The notes under the pieces are model-generated. The model made no database searches and was not told where the DNA came from. It worked only from the letters and a program-made list of their open reading frames with translations. This document shows, piece after piece, positions 18,037-28,121 of a stretch of DNA of 64,000 nucleotides. Origin of the DNA: an uncultured Eubacteriales bacterium (lineage in GTDB: Bacteria > Acidobacteriota > Aminicenantia > Aminicenantales > Saccharicenantaceae). Where the stretch lies: contig CAZNPB010000010.1 of NCBI GenBank assembly GCA_964574895.1, positions 183 through 64,182 on the forward strand. Reading direction: 5' to 3'. Each line of letters begins with the position of its first letter. Position 1 is the first letter of the stretch. Position numbers and translations under genes: made by a program.

Positions 18037-19299
18037 TCATTTCGTCAGGGACGCCGTCTTGAGGACATAGCCCCGCCGCGGGTCGAAGGCGTAGACGCCG
18101 TCGAGCATCTTCTCCCGGGCCGTCAGCACCGCGCCGAAGCCGTACTTGTCGCGGACCCGGTCGACGGCCCCGCCCAGCCGCTCCGGCCGCTCCGAGTAGG
18201 ACTCGAAGAGGGCCAGGGGCCGGACGCGCACCAGGTCGGAGGCCTTGACCCCGACCAGGCGCAGGGCCAGCCGCGAGCCCTCGACGAGCTCGAGGAACAG
18301 CTCCTCGGCGATCTTGTAGATCTTGCCCATCTCCTGGAGCGGCGAGAGCACCAGGCGGCGCTTGATCTCGGTCTTGAAGTCCGAGGTGCGGGCCTTGACC
18401 TCGATGACGTGGGCGTAGAGCCGGTCCCGGCGCAGGGCCAGGGTCAGCCGGTCGCAGAGATAGGCCAGATGGGCCAGCAGCAGGCGGCGGTCCCAGAGGT
18501 CCTCGAGGAAGGTCGTCTCCCGCGAGACCGACTTGGGCAGGGTCCGGGCGACGAGCGGCCGGCTGTCGATGCCGCGCGACTGGAGGTAGATGTCGTCGCC
18601 GGCCTGGCCGAAGAGGGTGTGCAGCGTCCCCCGCGGCAGCTCCCAGAGCTGGCCGATCCTGTGGACGTTCATCAGCCGCAGGACGACCTGGGCCTTGGGG
18701 CCGATGCCGGGCAGGGCCTCGATGTCGAGGTCGCGGAGATAGGTCTCCGCCTCGCCGTCGCGGATCTCGAAGAAGCCGGCCGGCTTGGCCCGCCGGGTGG
18801 CCAGCTTGGCCAGGATCTTGTTCGGGGCCGCCCCGACCGAGACCGTCACCCCGATCTCGGCCTCGACCCGGCGCTTGAGGTCGCGGGCCGCGTCGACGAA
18901 GGAGGGGTAGAGGCGGCCGCAACGGGCCAGGTCCAGGTAGGCCTCGTCGAGCGAGGCTTCCTCGACGTCCGGGGTGGCCGAGTGCAGGACGCGGAAGAAG
19001 CGCTCGGAAAAGGCCTCGTAGACCTGGTAGTTGCCGCGGACGAAGACGCCTTCGGGACAGAGCTTGTAGCACTCGCGCAGGGGCATGCCGGAGTGGACGC
19101 CGAACTTGCGGGCCTCGTAGGAGCAGGTCGAGGCCACGCCGCGCTCGTGGGCCAGGCCGCCGACGATGACCGGCTTGCCGGCGAGCGAGGGGTCGAGCAG
19201 GACCTCGACGGAGGCGAAGAAGGCGTCGATGTCGACGTGGACGATGTAGCGGCGCTGCCGTTCTTTCGACAAAGACACCTCTCCTCTTTTTTCCGGCAC
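18037..19299 (-). CDS. dinB: Y-family DNA polymerase IV
   Basis: HVDIDAFFASVE and SLDEAYLDL retain the catalytic Asp/Asp-Glu residues. PGIGPK is also present. Confidence 0.8.
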   Translation of the reverse strand: MPEKRGEVSLSKERQRRYIVHVDIDAFFASVEVLLDPSLAGKPVIVGGLAHERGVASTCSYEARKFGVHSGMPLRECYKLCPEGVFVRGNYQVYEAFSERFFRVLHSATPDVEEASLDEAYLDLARCGRLYPSFVDAARDLKRRVEAEIGVTVSVGAAPNKILAKLATRRAKPAGFFEIRDGEAETYLRDLDIEALPGIGPKAQVVLRLMNVHRIGQLWELPRGTLHTLFGQAGDDIYLQSRGIDSRPLVARTLPKSVSRETTFLEDLWDRRLLLAHLAYLCDRLTLALRRDRLYAHVIEVKARTSDFKTEIKRRLVLSPLQEMGKIYKIAEELFLELVEGSRLALRLVGVKASDLVRVRPLALFESYSERPERLGGAVDRVRDKYGFGAVLTAREKMLDGVYAFDPRRGYVLKTASLTK

Positions 19300-19361
19300 G
19301 ATCCGATTCCCTTTTTCTCCCCTTCCGCGAAGGGGAGCGCGATCTCGGGGGGCTCCCCCGT

Positions 19362-19979
19362 TCAGTACTTTCTCATGATGCCGATGACCCGGCCCAGGAT
19401 CTTGGCCGACGGGGCCTCGATGGGCTGGAAGGCCGGGTTCTCGGGGACCAGGAAGACGCGGCCGTCGGCCCGGCGCAGCCGCTTGAGCGTGACCGAGCCG
19501 TCGTCGAGCATGGCCACGACCATCTCGCCCGAGTTGGCCAGGTTGGTCCGTTCGAGCAGGACGTGGTCGCCGTCGTCGATGTAGGCGTCGATCATGCTCT
19601 TGCCGTCGACCCGGACGCAGAAGACGTTGCCCCGGCGCCGGCCGACCATCCAGCCCGGCACGTCCATGGCCTCGCCCGTCGTGTCGAACGATTCGCGCGG
19701 CCCGCCGGCGGGGACGAGCCCGGCCACCGGCACCCGGACCTGGCTCTCGACCAGGGCGGGCAGCCCGGCCACCCGGATCTCACCGTCCTGGCGGCTGATG
19801 TAGCCCTTGCGCTCCAGGCTCTGGAGGTGCTTGAGGACGGCCGAGGGGCTGGGGATCCTCAGGGCCGCGCCCAGCTGGCGGATGGTCGGGCCGTAGCCGT
19901 GCCCGAGGATGAAGTCCTCGACGGCCTGGAGGACCTTGGCCTGCCGCAGGGTCAGCTCGCGCCTCAATGTGTTTACCAT
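19362..19979 (-). CDS. lexA: LexA repressor
   Basis: A wHTH (GYGPTIRQLGAAL...LKHLQSLERKGYI) is present, with a cleavage region VPVAGLVPAGGP and the Ser/Lys dyad context GKSMID and VTLKRL. I preferred the ATG at 19979 because the GTG at 19991 lies almost inside the predicted -10 element. Confidence 0.85.
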   Translation of the reverse strand: MVNTLRRELTLRQAKVLQAVEDFILGHGYGPTIRQLGAALRIPSPSAVLKHLQSLERKGYISRQDGEIRVAGLPALVESQVRVPVAGLVPAGGPRESFDTTGEAMDVPGWMVGRRRGNVFCVRVDGKSMIDAYIDDGDHVLLERTNLANSGEMVVAMLDDGSVTLKRLRRADGRVFLVPENPAFQPIEAPSAKILGRVIGIMRKY

Positions 19980-19995
19980 TTTGTTCACCACTCAC

Positions 19996-20024
19996 AGAAT
20001 AAGCCCGGCCCGGGCGTTTGTCAA
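19996..20024 (-). promoter_or_regulatory. sigma70-like promoter of lexA
   Basis: On the minus strand: TTGACA (20024-20019), a 17-nt spacer, then TATTCT (20001-19996). Confidence 0.5.
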
Positions 20025-20042
20025 GCGGGATCTTACTGCGGC

Positions 20043-21314
20043 TTATTCGTTTCCATCCTTGGCTTTTCCAAGGATGTACTCGGCGACGCTCCTGGAGGCA
20101 TGCCCGGTCTCGACGGTCCCGTAGAACTCCAGGATCCGCCCGCACTGTTCCTCAACGGTCCGTTCGTCGAGGTCCCGGATCGCCGCGTTGAGTTGTTCCT
20201 GATCGAAGACCACCGAATAAGGAGAGGCCTCGATGTCGAAATAGAGCGCCCGATCATCCCGCAGATATTCCTCCCGATCCGACTGATAGAGAATGATCGG
20301 CCTTTTCAGCAAAGCGAAATCCCCGGCCACCGAAGAGTAGTCCGTGATCAACAGGTCCGTGATCAGGAGCAGATCCCTCATATCTTCATACCCGGTCAGG
20401 TCGATGATCCGACGGCTGCCCTCCGGGGAATCCGCGAACCCTTTGACGGCGCTGTGGGCGCGGATGACGCCGATCCACTTCTGCCGGGTCTTTTTCTCCA
20501 GGGCGTCGAGAGTCGCCTCGAGGTCGATATCCCCGAATTCCTGTTCTTTTCCTTCGGCCGCTCGGCGCAAGGTCGGCGCATACATGAGAACCTTGATATC
20601 CTTTGACAACCCGAGGACGCCTTTGATCTTCGCGATGTCGTCCCCGGTATGGTTCAACAGCCGGTCGTTTCTGGGCGAGCCGACCTTCATGACGCGACCG
20701 TTGTATTTGAAAGCCGATCGGATGATCCGGTCATAGTAATCGGAGCCCGACAACATGAGATCGCAGACGTCCTCTTCGATATAGTGATCATCGGGACCGG
20801 CCTTATCGGAATCATAAAGGATCTTTTTGAACCCTCTGTCGCCGTGATAAAGCTGGATATAGACCTGATCGGATTTTTTATGGGTCGAAAGGGGCTTGTC
20901 AAAGTTGTCGATCCAGAAGCCGGCCCTTATTTGCCCCCAATAGGCCCTCAGGGTGCCGGCTTCGACGCATCTGACATAGGCCGGGACGACGGCTTTCTTC
21001 CTTTTCGCGTCCTGGAATAGCCAGACGATCCTGAACTCGGGGGCCATCTCATGGAGATCTTCCGAAACGGCCCGCGGATTGCAGGAATAGGATCTCCCGC
21101 CAAAACTGCAGAAGAGGGCGGTTTTCCTGTCCGTACGAATGAAGAGCCCGCCTAACTTATTGATCCCCTTCGCCAGCTTGGCTCGGGAATTCACGGCCGA
21201 GCGATATAAGAAGGCGTAGGGTTTGAGAGCCTCTTTGAGTTTCGCCTTGATCATCGCCCCCCCTTGATCGATCGGGACGCCCTTCTCGGGCTCGAAGAGG
21301 GACCCCTGCGCCAT
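20043..21314 (-). CDS. CDP-glycerol glycerophosphotransferase (TagB/TagF family)
   Basis: The C-terminal block LLITDLLITDYSSVAGDFALLKRPIILYQSD...YFD is characteristic of TagB/TagF. The region is visibly more AT-rich than its neighbours. Confidence 0.7.
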   Translation of the reverse strand: MAQGSLFEPEKGVPIDQGGAMIKAKLKEALKPYAFLYRSAVNSRAKLAKGINKLGGLFIRTDRKTALFCSFGGRSYSCNPRAVSEDLHEMAPEFRIVWLFQDAKRKKAVVPAYVRCVEAGTLRAYWGQIRAGFWIDNFDKPLSTHKKSDQVYIQLYHGDRGFKKILYDSDKAGPDDHYIEEDVCDLMLSGSDYYDRIIRSAFKYNGRVMKVGSPRNDRLLNHTGDDIAKIKGVLGLSKDIKVLMYAPTLRRAAEGKEQEFGDIDLEATLDALEKKTRQKWIGVIRAHSAVKGFADSPEGSRRIIDLTGYEDMRDLLLITDLLITDYSSVAGDFALLKRPIILYQSDREEYLRDDRALYFDIEASPYSVVFDQEQLNAAIRDLDERTVEEQCGRILEFYGTVETGHASRSVAEYILGKAKDGNE

Positions 21315-21463
21315 AGCCTGCGGTCAACCCGATCCCTCTCGGCAAGGAAGGTATCACCGGCCTCGGCCCCTGTCAATTCCTTCGGCCGAGCGCATCGGAT
21401 CCTCCTGGAACGCCGCCGGCCGGCGTCGGGGAAGGTCCGCCCGAGGGCCTGAAGCCTTCCTCG

Positions 21464-22756
21464 TCAGAAGATGAACCCGACGGCGAAGCCGAGTTGCAGG
21501 CGGTTCGATTTGAACGTCAGACCGGCCGAAGAGGCCGACGCGGCCGGTCCCCCGGTCGCATAGCGGACGAGGACGTCGAACGACAGGTCGCTCACCTGCT
21601 TGCCGTTGCCTCGGATCGAGAAGAGAGGTCCTTCGTAGCCGAACCCGAGCGAATAGACGTCGCGGTCGAGATCGGGGTAGACCGGCGTGCGCCCCGCCTG
21701 GTCGAGCGAGCTCGGGCGGCGAGCGTAGCCGGCGCGCACGGCGGTGTATCGGCCGGGCCGGTATTCGACGCCGGCCTTGACGGCCGTGGTGTCCCGGAGC
21801 GCTATGCCGACACCGCTAGAGCTGGAGATCGAGCTCTCGAACTCGCTCCATCGGGCCCACTCGAGATCGAGATAGACGGAGAGGGGAGGCAGGAGGGTCA
21901 GCGCGACCCCGCCGGTGAGCTGGCGAGGCAGGGTCAGTTTTCCCGTGAAGGCCCGATCCATTTCGTCGGTCCCGCCGCAATCGATGGGCCGGCGCCCCTG
22001 GTACGCCGCGGCCACTTGAACGGCCGGGACGATCTTCCACAGAGCGCCGGCGACGAAGCTCATCCCCTGGCCGTGGAGACCGTAGGTGCCGACCTGGAGA
22101 CCGTTGACGTCCGTCTCGAAGAGACCGCCGTCGGTACGCTGCCACCGCGCTGTCGAAGAAACGAGATCAAGGCCCACCCCGATGGCCAGGCCCTTGATCG
22201 GCTCGACGGCCACCGCCGTCCGGATGACGATGGTCCGGAGCAGGTTGTGGCCGCCGATCGAAGAGCCATCGCGGCCGGGTTGCCAGGCGGATTCGTAGTT
22301 TAAGGGCGAGAAGAACCCGGTCCCGACCGTGGCTCGCCTGACGGGCTGCCAGGACGCCGCGACGTTGCCCAGGAACTCCGACGGCTGGCTCTCGTACGAC
22401 GCTCCGCCATCGGGGCGGAACGCGCTCGTCTTGGGCTGGCTTAACGTGATGTTCGTCTTGATCCGAAACGCCCCGAGGAAGGCCAGGCCGGCGGGGTTGT
22501 AGAAGAGCGCGGTCGCGTCATCGGCGCGGGCCGCGAAGGCGCCTCCCAAAGCCGCGGCGCGGGCGCTCGGTTCGCCGAACGAGAATTCCTGGGCGCCGTG
22601 AAGGCCCGGGCAGAGCGTCGCGATCAGGACGACCGTCGGGACCAGGCGCTTCCGGACGGCGGCCCGGATCTTCCTCGGGATCGCCCGCCTCTCGGGCTCG
22701 AATCCGGCGATGTCGGCGTCGACGCTCGCGGGTCCGGACCGGCCGCTTTCGTTCAT
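21464..22756 (-). CDS. outer membrane transport protein, OMPP1/FadL/TodX family
   Basis: The N-terminal hatch motif AAALGGAFAARADDATALFYNPAGLAFL is present, and the beta-barrel repeats end in a C-terminal aromatic (GFIF). Confidence 0.7.
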   Translation of the reverse strand: MNESGRSGPASVDADIAGFEPERRAIPRKIRAAVRKRLVPTVVLIATLCPGLHGAQEFSFGEPSARAAALGGAFAARADDATALFYNPAGLAFLGAFRIKTNITLSQPKTSAFRPDGGASYESQPSEFLGNVAASWQPVRRATVGTGFFSPLNYESAWQPGRDGSSIGGHNLLRTIVIRTAVAVEPIKGLAIGVGLDLVSSTARWQRTDGGLFETDVNGLQVGTYGLHGQGMSFVAGALWKIVPAVQVAAAYQGRRPIDCGGTDEMDRAFTGKLTLPRQLTGGVALTLLPPLSVYLDLEWARWSEFESSISSSSGVGIALRDTTAVKAGVEYRPGRYTAVRAGYARRPSSLDQAGRTPVYPDLDRDVYSLGFGYEGPLFSIRGNGKQVSDLSFDVLVRYATGGPAASASSAGLTFKSNRLQLGFAVGFIF

Positions 22757-22869
22757 GGCCCCTCCTGCCCGTCATGATAGGCCAACCGGCGCCTCGCGTC
22801 CAGGCGCCGCATTGCGGACGGCGGGGCCTTGGGTTAGAATGGGGCCATCCAGCCGAGCAAGAGAGCAGG

Positions 22870-25818
22870 ATGAGGCGATCGAACCGAAGATCGGAGGCGG
22901 CCGTCCCGACGGCGCCGCGCCCGAACCGGACCGGCGCGCGTGGCGCGGCCACGCTTCTCGATCACGTCAGCGACGCCGTCATCGGCGCCGACCCCGAGAC
23001 CCGCATCACCTACTGGGGCAAGGGCGCGGAAAGGATGTACGGCTTCACGGCCGCCGAGGCCCTGGGCCGGACGACCTTGGAGCTGCTCCGGCCCACCTAC
23101 GCCGAGGGAGAACGCGAGCGGATCCTCCGCGAGATCGCCGAGCGCGGCGGCTCCGTGGCCACCATACGGACGCTCCGCAAGGACGGCTCCCCGATCGTCG
23201 TCGAGGCCAGCACGACCGGGCTCGAGGGCGCGGCGGGACGTCCGGCCGGCTTCGCCGTCGTTTACAGGGACGTCACGGAACGGGTCAAGACCGAGGACGA
23301 CCTTCGGGACTCCGAGGCCCAGGCCAACGCCCTCATCCGCTACGCCCCGACGGCCATCTACAAGATCGACCTCCGGGGCCCCCGCTTCACCAGCGTCAAC
23401 GACGCCATGTGCGGCGTCCTCGGCTACGCCCGCGAGGAGCTCCTGGCCATTCCCCCGGCCGATCTCCTGGATGAGGAGAGCCGGGCCCGGTTCGCGGAAC
23501 GGATGCGGCGCCAGGTCGCCGGCGAAGGGCTCGCCGACCAGGTCGAATACCGTGTCCGGGCCAAGGACGGCCGGACGATCGAAGCCGTGCTCAACGTCTC
23601 GGTCAATCCCCGGCAGCCGCACCTGGTCATGGTCATCGGGCACGATATCACGGCCCGCAAGCGGATGGAGGAGGAGGTCGCCCGGGCCCGCGCCGAGGCC
23701 GAGCTGCTGTCCGCCACGGCCGGCCGGCTCCTGGGATCGACCGACCCCCAGGGCGTCATCGACGAGCTCTGCCGCCGGGTCATGACCCACCTCGGCTGCC
23801 AGGTCTTCTTCAATTTCCTGGTCGACAAGGCGGCCGGCCGTCTGCGGCTGAACGCCTGCGCCGGCATCCCGGAGGAGAGCCTCCCCGGCCTGCGCTGGCT
23901 CGACTACGGCTCGGCCGTCTGCGGCAATGTGGCCCGGAGCGGGATCAGGGTCGTGGCCGAGGAGATCGGGGTCCAGCCCGATCCCCGGACCGATCTGGTC
24001 GCCAGCTTCGGGGTCCGGGCCTACGCCTGCCATCCCCTGCTGGCCGACAGCGAGGTCCTGGGCACGCTCTCGTTCGGGGCCCGCGATCGGGACCGCTTCC
24101 GGCCCGAGGAGCTGGCCCTGATGAAAGCCGTGGCCGACCAGGTCTCCATAGCCATCGAACGGATGCGCGTCCTCGAGGCCCTGCGCGAGCGCGGCCTCGA
24201 GCTCCAGGGCCTGACCGAAAGCCTGGAGCGCCGGGTCCGGGAGCGCACGGCCGAATTGGCGGCCGCCAACGAGCGGCTGAAAGGCGAAGCCGAGGAGCGC
24301 GTCCGCCTCGTGGCCGCGGTGGAGGAAGCCGGCGAGGGCATAGCCGTCATCGACAAGGACGGCCGGATCCGCTACGTCAACGCCGCCCTGTCCAGGCTGT
24401 ACGGCCGGAGCCGGTCGGAGCTGTTGGCCATGACCTACTCCGAGCTCCTCGAGAAGGGGGAGCCCGAGGGCGAGCCGTGGGCGGGCATCCGGGCCTCTCT
24501 CGACCGCGGCGAAGCCTGGCGGGGCCGTTTCAGCCGCGTCCTGGCCGGCGGGGACACCATCGATCTCGAGGTCTCGGTCTCTCCCATCCACGACGAGGGC
24601 GGCCGGGCCCTGAACTACCTGGCGGTCGAGCGCGACGTCACCCGGGAGGTCCGGCTGCAGCAGCACCTGCGGCAGGTCCAGAAGCTCGAAGCCCTGGGCA
24701 CGCTGGCCGGCGGGATCGCCCACGACTTCAACAATATCCTCAATCCCATCTTCATCAACACCGAGCTGCTCCTGATGGAGGACTCGCTCGACGCGGCCGC
24801 CCGGCGCTCCCTGGAGATCACGCTCCTGGCCGCCGAACGGGGCCGCGACCTGGTCAAACAGATCATCGCCTTCAGCCGCCAGAAAGAAATGGTGCGCAAG
24901 CCGGTCCGGGTGGGACCGGTCGTCCGGGACGCGGTGCGGTTCCTGCAGGCGTCCCTGCCGAGGACCGTCGAGATCGGGGTCGAGATCGGCGAGGAGACCG
25001 GGGACGTCCTCGGCGACCCGGTCCAGATCCACCAGATCGTCATGAACCTCTGCAACAACGCCGCCTACTCCATGAAGGACCGCGGCGGGGTGCTGTCGAT
25101 CGGGTTGAACGAGGCCGAGGTGGACGCCCGCCTGGCCGCCGGCGTGCCCGGCCTCCGGCCCGGGACCTACGTGCGGCTGACGGTGGCCGACACCGGCCCG
25201 GGCATGACCCCGGAGGTCCGGGACCGGGCCTTCGATCCGTTCTTCACGACCAAAAAACCGGGCCAAGGCGCGGGCCTGGGCCTGCCCGTGGTCGACGGCA
25301 TCGTCCGGGACTCCGGCGGGGCCGTTCAGATCAGGAGCGAAGCGGGCCGGGGCACGACCTTGACCGTCTATCTGCCGCGCGTGGACCATATCCAGCCCGC
25401 CGCCGAGCCCAAGGCGGCCGGCCTGCCCGGGGGGACCGAGCGGATCCTGATCCTGGACGACGAGGAGGTCCAGGTCCGCAGCCTGGAGAACCTGCTCCGG
25501 TCGCTGGGCTACGTGACGGCCGTGCGGACGGACGGCCGGGAGGCCCTGGACCTCCTGCGGACCGATCCCCTGGCCTTCGATCTGCTGATCACCGACCAGA
25601 CCATGCCTTATCTCACGGGCGCGCGGATCGCGGCGGAAGCCCTGCGGCTGCGCCCGGACCTGCCCATCATCCTCTGCACGGGGTACAGCGAAGCCGTGAA
25701 CGCCAGGGAAGCCCGGGCCGCGGGCATCCGCGAATTCCTGATGAAGCCCTACGCGGCCCGGGATATCGCCGAAACGATCCGCCGCGCCTTGGCCAGCCCT
25801 CCTCCGGCCAAGGTCTGA
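22870..25818 (+). CDS. hybrid sensor histidine kinase (PAS-PAS-GAF-PAS-HisKA-HATPase-receiver)
   Basis: An H-box (GIAHDFNNILNPI), N/G boxes (NLCNNAAYSM, DTGPGM, GQGAGLGL) and a C-terminal receiver (ILILDDE...LLITDQTMP...KP) are present. I chose the ATG at 22870 inside the longer ORF. Confidence 0.85.
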   Translation: MRRSNRRSEAAVPTAPRPNRTGARGAATLLDHVSDAVIGADPETRITYWGKGAERMYGFTAAEALGRTTLELLRPTYAEGERERILREIAERGGSVATIRTLRKDGSPIVVEASTTGLEGAAGRPAGFAVVYRDVTERVKTEDDLRDSEAQANALIRYAPTAIYKIDLRGPRFTSVNDAMCGVLGYAREELLAIPPADLLDEESRARFAERMRRQVAGEGLADQVEYRVRAKDGRTIEAVLNVSVNPRQPHLVMVIGHDITARKRMEEEVARARAEAELLSATAGRLLGSTDPQGVIDELCRRVMTHLGCQVFFNFLVDKAAGRLRLNACAGIPEESLPGLRWLDYGSAVCGNVARSGIRVVAEEIGVQPDPRTDLVASFGVRAYACHPLLADSEVLGTLSFGARDRDRFRPEELALMKAVADQVSIAIERMRVLEALRERGLELQGLTESLERRVRERTAELAAANERLKGEAEERVRLVAAVEEAGEGIAVIDKDGRIRYVNAALSRLYGRSRSELLAMTYSELLEKGEPEGEPWAGIRASLDRGEAWRGRFSRVLAGGDTIDLEVSVSPIHDEGGRALNYLAVERDVTREVRLQQHLRQVQKLEALGTLAGGIAHDFNNILNPIFINTELLLMEDSLDAAARRSLEITLLAAERGRDLVKQIIAFSRQKEMVRKPVRVGPVVRDAVRFLQASLPRTVEIGVEIGEETGDVLGDPVQIHQIVMNLCNNAAYSMKDRGGVLSIGLNEAEVDARLAAGVPGLRPGTYVRLTVADTGPGMTPEVRDRAFDPFFTTKKPGQGAGLGLPVVDGIVRDSGGAVQIRSEAGRGTTLTVYLPRVDHIQPAAEPKAAGLPGGTERILILDDEEVQVRSLENLLRSLGYVTAVRTDGREALDLLRTDPLAFDLLITDQTMPYLTGARIAAEALRLRPDLPIILCTGYSEAVNAREARAAGIREFLMKPYAARDIAETIRRALASPPPAKV

Positions 25819-25854
25819 TCCCGCCGACGGGCCGCGGCCGCCGCGCCCGCCGCC

Positions 25855-28086
25855 CTACAGCGCGTCGATGATGGCGTTGAGCGCAGGGCAGGGCCGCATG
25901 GACGCTTCGAGCTTGGCCTTGTCCGGATGGTAGTAGCCGCCCATGTCGACGGGCCGGCCCTGGACCGCGATCAGGGCGGCGTCGATCTCGGCCGCCTTCT
26001 CGCCGAGGGCCCGGGCCACCGGCGCGAAGCGGGCCTTGAGGGCCCCGTCCCTGTCCTGGGAGGCCAGGGCCTCGGCCCAATAGAGGGCCAGGTAAAAGTG
26101 GCTGCCCCGGTTGTCGATCTGGCCGACCTTGCGGGCCGGCGACTTACCGTTGTCCAGGAACTTGCCGATGGCCGCGTCGAGCGTTTCGGCCAGGACCCGG
26201 GCCTTGGCGTTCTGGTACGCCCCGGCCAGGTGCTCGAGCGAAGCGGCAAAGGCCGAGAACTCGCCGAGCGAGTCCCAGCGCAGGTAGTTCTCCTTCTCGA
26301 ACTGCTGAACGTGCTTGGGGGCCGAGCCGCCGGCGCCCGTCTCGAACAGGCCGCCGCCGGCCAGCAGGGGCACGATGGACAGCATGTAGGCGCTGGTGCC
26401 GATCTCCAGGATCGGGAAGAGGTCCGTCAGGTAGTCGCGGAGCACGTTCCCGGTCACCGAGATGGTGTCCTGGCCCTTGCGGACGCGCTCGAGCGAGAAG
26501 ATCATGGCCTCGACCGGGGGCATGATCGCGATCGTCAGGCCGGCGGTGTCGTGGTCCTTGAGATAGCGCTCGACCTTGGCGATGACCTGGGCGTCGTGGG
26601 CCCGGTCCCGGTCGAGCCAGAACACGGCGGGAGCGCCCGTGGCCTTGGCCCGCTTGACCGCCAGTTTGACCCAGTCGCGGATGGGGATGTCCTTGGCCCG
26701 GGACAGCCGCCAGACGTCGCCGGCTTCGACGGCGTGCTCGATCAGCGTGCGGCCGTCGGCCACGACGACCCGGACCGTGCCGTCGAAGGGGATCTCGAAG
26801 GTCGTCGCGTGGGAGCCGTATTCCTCGGCCTGCTGGGCCATCAGCCCGACATTGGGGACGCTGCCCATGGTGGCCCGGTCGAAGGCCCCGTTCTTCCGGC
26901 AGTCCTCGATGATGGTCTTGTAGATCGTCGAGTAGCAGCGGTCGGGGATCATCGCCTTGGTCTCGTGGAGTTTGCCGTCGGGGCCCCACATCTGGCCCGA
27001 CTCGCGGACGACGACCGGCATGGAGGCGTCGACGATGATGTCGCTGGGGACGTGGAGGTTGGTGATGCCCTTGTCGGAGTCGACCATGGCCAGCGGGGGC
27101 CGCTTGGCGTAGACGGCCCGGATGTCGGCCTCGATCTCCTTCTGCTGGGCTTCGGGCAGGCCCTTGATCTTGGCGTAGAGGTCGCCCAGGCCGTTGTTGG
27201 GATTGAAGCCGCAGGCCTTGAGCGCCGCGGCGTGCTTGGTCAGCGCCTCGTCATAGAAGACCGAGACAGCGTGGCCGAAGAGGATGGGGTCCGAGACCTT
27301 CATCATCGTGGCCTTGAGGTGGAGCGACAGAAGCAGCCCTTCGGCCTTGGCGTCCTCGATCTGCCGGGCATAGAAGGCCCGCAGGGCCTTCCGGCTCATG
27401 AAGGTCCCGGACAGGATCTCGCCGTCGAGGGCCTTGAGCTTGTCCTTGAGGACCTTGACCGCCCCGTCCCGGCCCTGGACCTCGATCCGGAAATCGACGC
27501 CCCGGTCCACGGTGGCCGATCTCTCGTTGCCGTAGAAATCGCCCCCGGTCATATGGGCGACGTGGGCCTTGTTGTCGGGCTTCCAGGGGCCGAGCGGCAG
27601 CATCTTCCTGGGGTTCTTCTGGGCGTACTTCTTGACGGAGAGAGGGGCCCGCCGGTCGGAGTTCCCCTGGCGCAGGACCGGATTGACGGCGCTGCCCAGG
27701 ACCTTGGCGTAGCGGTCCTTGATCTCCTTCTCGGCGTCGGTCTTGGGATTCTCGGGATAGGCGGGGACCTTGTAGCCCTGGCTTTGGAGCTCCTCGATGG
27801 TCTCCAGGAGCTGGGGCAGCGAAGCGCTGATGTTCGGCAGCTTGATGATGTTGGCTTCCGGCTTCAGGGCCAGCTCGCTCAGGAAGGCCAGGTTGTCGGG
27901 GACGCGCTGGGCCTCGGTCAGGACCTCGGGGAAATTGGCCAGGAGGCGGCCGGCGAGCGAAATATCGCTCAGCTCCACCTCGACGCCGGTCCCCTTGGTG
28001 AATCCCTGGACGATCGGCAGCAGGGAAAAGGTCGCCAGGAACGGCGCCTCGTCGGTCTCGGTCCAGTAGATCTTCTGGGAGCTCAT
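25855..28086 (-). CDS. icd: isocitrate dehydrogenase (NADP), monomeric type
   Basis: It is 743 aa, and the N-terminus [22 protein letters not shown] is typical of monomeric IDH. A GAGGAGG SD lies upstream. Confidence 0.9.
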   Translation of the reverse strand: MSSQKIYWTETDEAPFLATFSLLPIVQGFTKGTGVEVELSDISLAGRLLANFPEVLTEAQRVPDNLAFLSELALKPEANIIKLPNISASLPQLLETIEELQSQGYKVPAYPENPKTDAEKEIKDRYAKVLGSAVNPVLRQGNSDRRAPLSVKKYAQKNPRKMLPLGPWKPDNKAHVAHMTGGDFYGNERSATVDRGVDFRIEVQGRDGAVKVLKDKLKALDGEILSGTFMSRKALRAFYARQIEDAKAEGLLLSLHLKATMMKVSDPILFGHAVSVFYDEALTKHAAALKACGFNPNNGLGDLYAKIKGLPEAQQKEIEADIRAVYAKRPPLAMVDSDKGITNLHVPSDIIVDASMPVVVRESGQMWGPDGKLHETKAMIPDRCYSTIYKTIIEDCRKNGAFDRATMGSVPNVGLMAQQAEEYGSHATTFEIPFDGTVRVVVADGRTLIEHAVEAGDVWRLSRAKDIPIRDWVKLAVKRAKATGAPAVFWLDRDRAHDAQVIAKVERYLKDHDTAGLTIAIMPPVEAMIFSLERVRKGQDTISVTGNVLRDYLTDLFPILEIGTSAYMLSIVPLLAGGGLFETGAGGSAPKHVQQFEKENYLRWDSLGEFSAFAASLEHLAGAYQNAKARVLAETLDAAIGKFLDNGKSPARKVGQIDNRGSHFYLALYWAEALASQDRDGALKARFAPVARALGEKAAEIDAALIAVQGRPVDMGGYYHPDKAKLEASMRPCPALNAIIDAL

Positions 28087-28121
28087 CGATCCTCCTCGAA
28101 AAGTAAAAACGTCGGGCTTGT

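Noticed and set aside
18037-19299. Calling the Y-family polymerase ImuB
   Set aside because: ImuB proteins lack the catalytic acidic residues. This protein retains DIDAFF...VE and SLDEAYLD, so it was called dinB instead.
19317-19352. Hairpins between lexA and dinB (CTCCCCTT-CCGCG-AAGGGGAG, and CGGGGG-GCT-CCCCCG) as an intrinsic terminator
   Set aside because: On the coding (minus) strand the main hairpin is followed by an A-run, not a U-run, and dinB follows within ~40 nt. They were therefore not annotated as a terminator. They may still modulate read-through.
19965-19995. A canonical LexA box upstream of lexA
   Set aside because: I looked for CTGT-N8-ACAG, GAAC-N4-GTTC, GTTC-N7-GTTC and the Geobacter/Fibrobacter-type motifs as I remember them. 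Only partial matches exist (CTGT-N8-AACA, GAAC-N8-AAAC). These are reported only as a tentative direct repeat.
22834-25389. 851-aa ORF antisense to the hybrid histidine kinase
   Set aside because: It is an antisense artefact. The kinase strand shows H, N and G boxes and a receiver domain, and this frame shows nothing recognisable.
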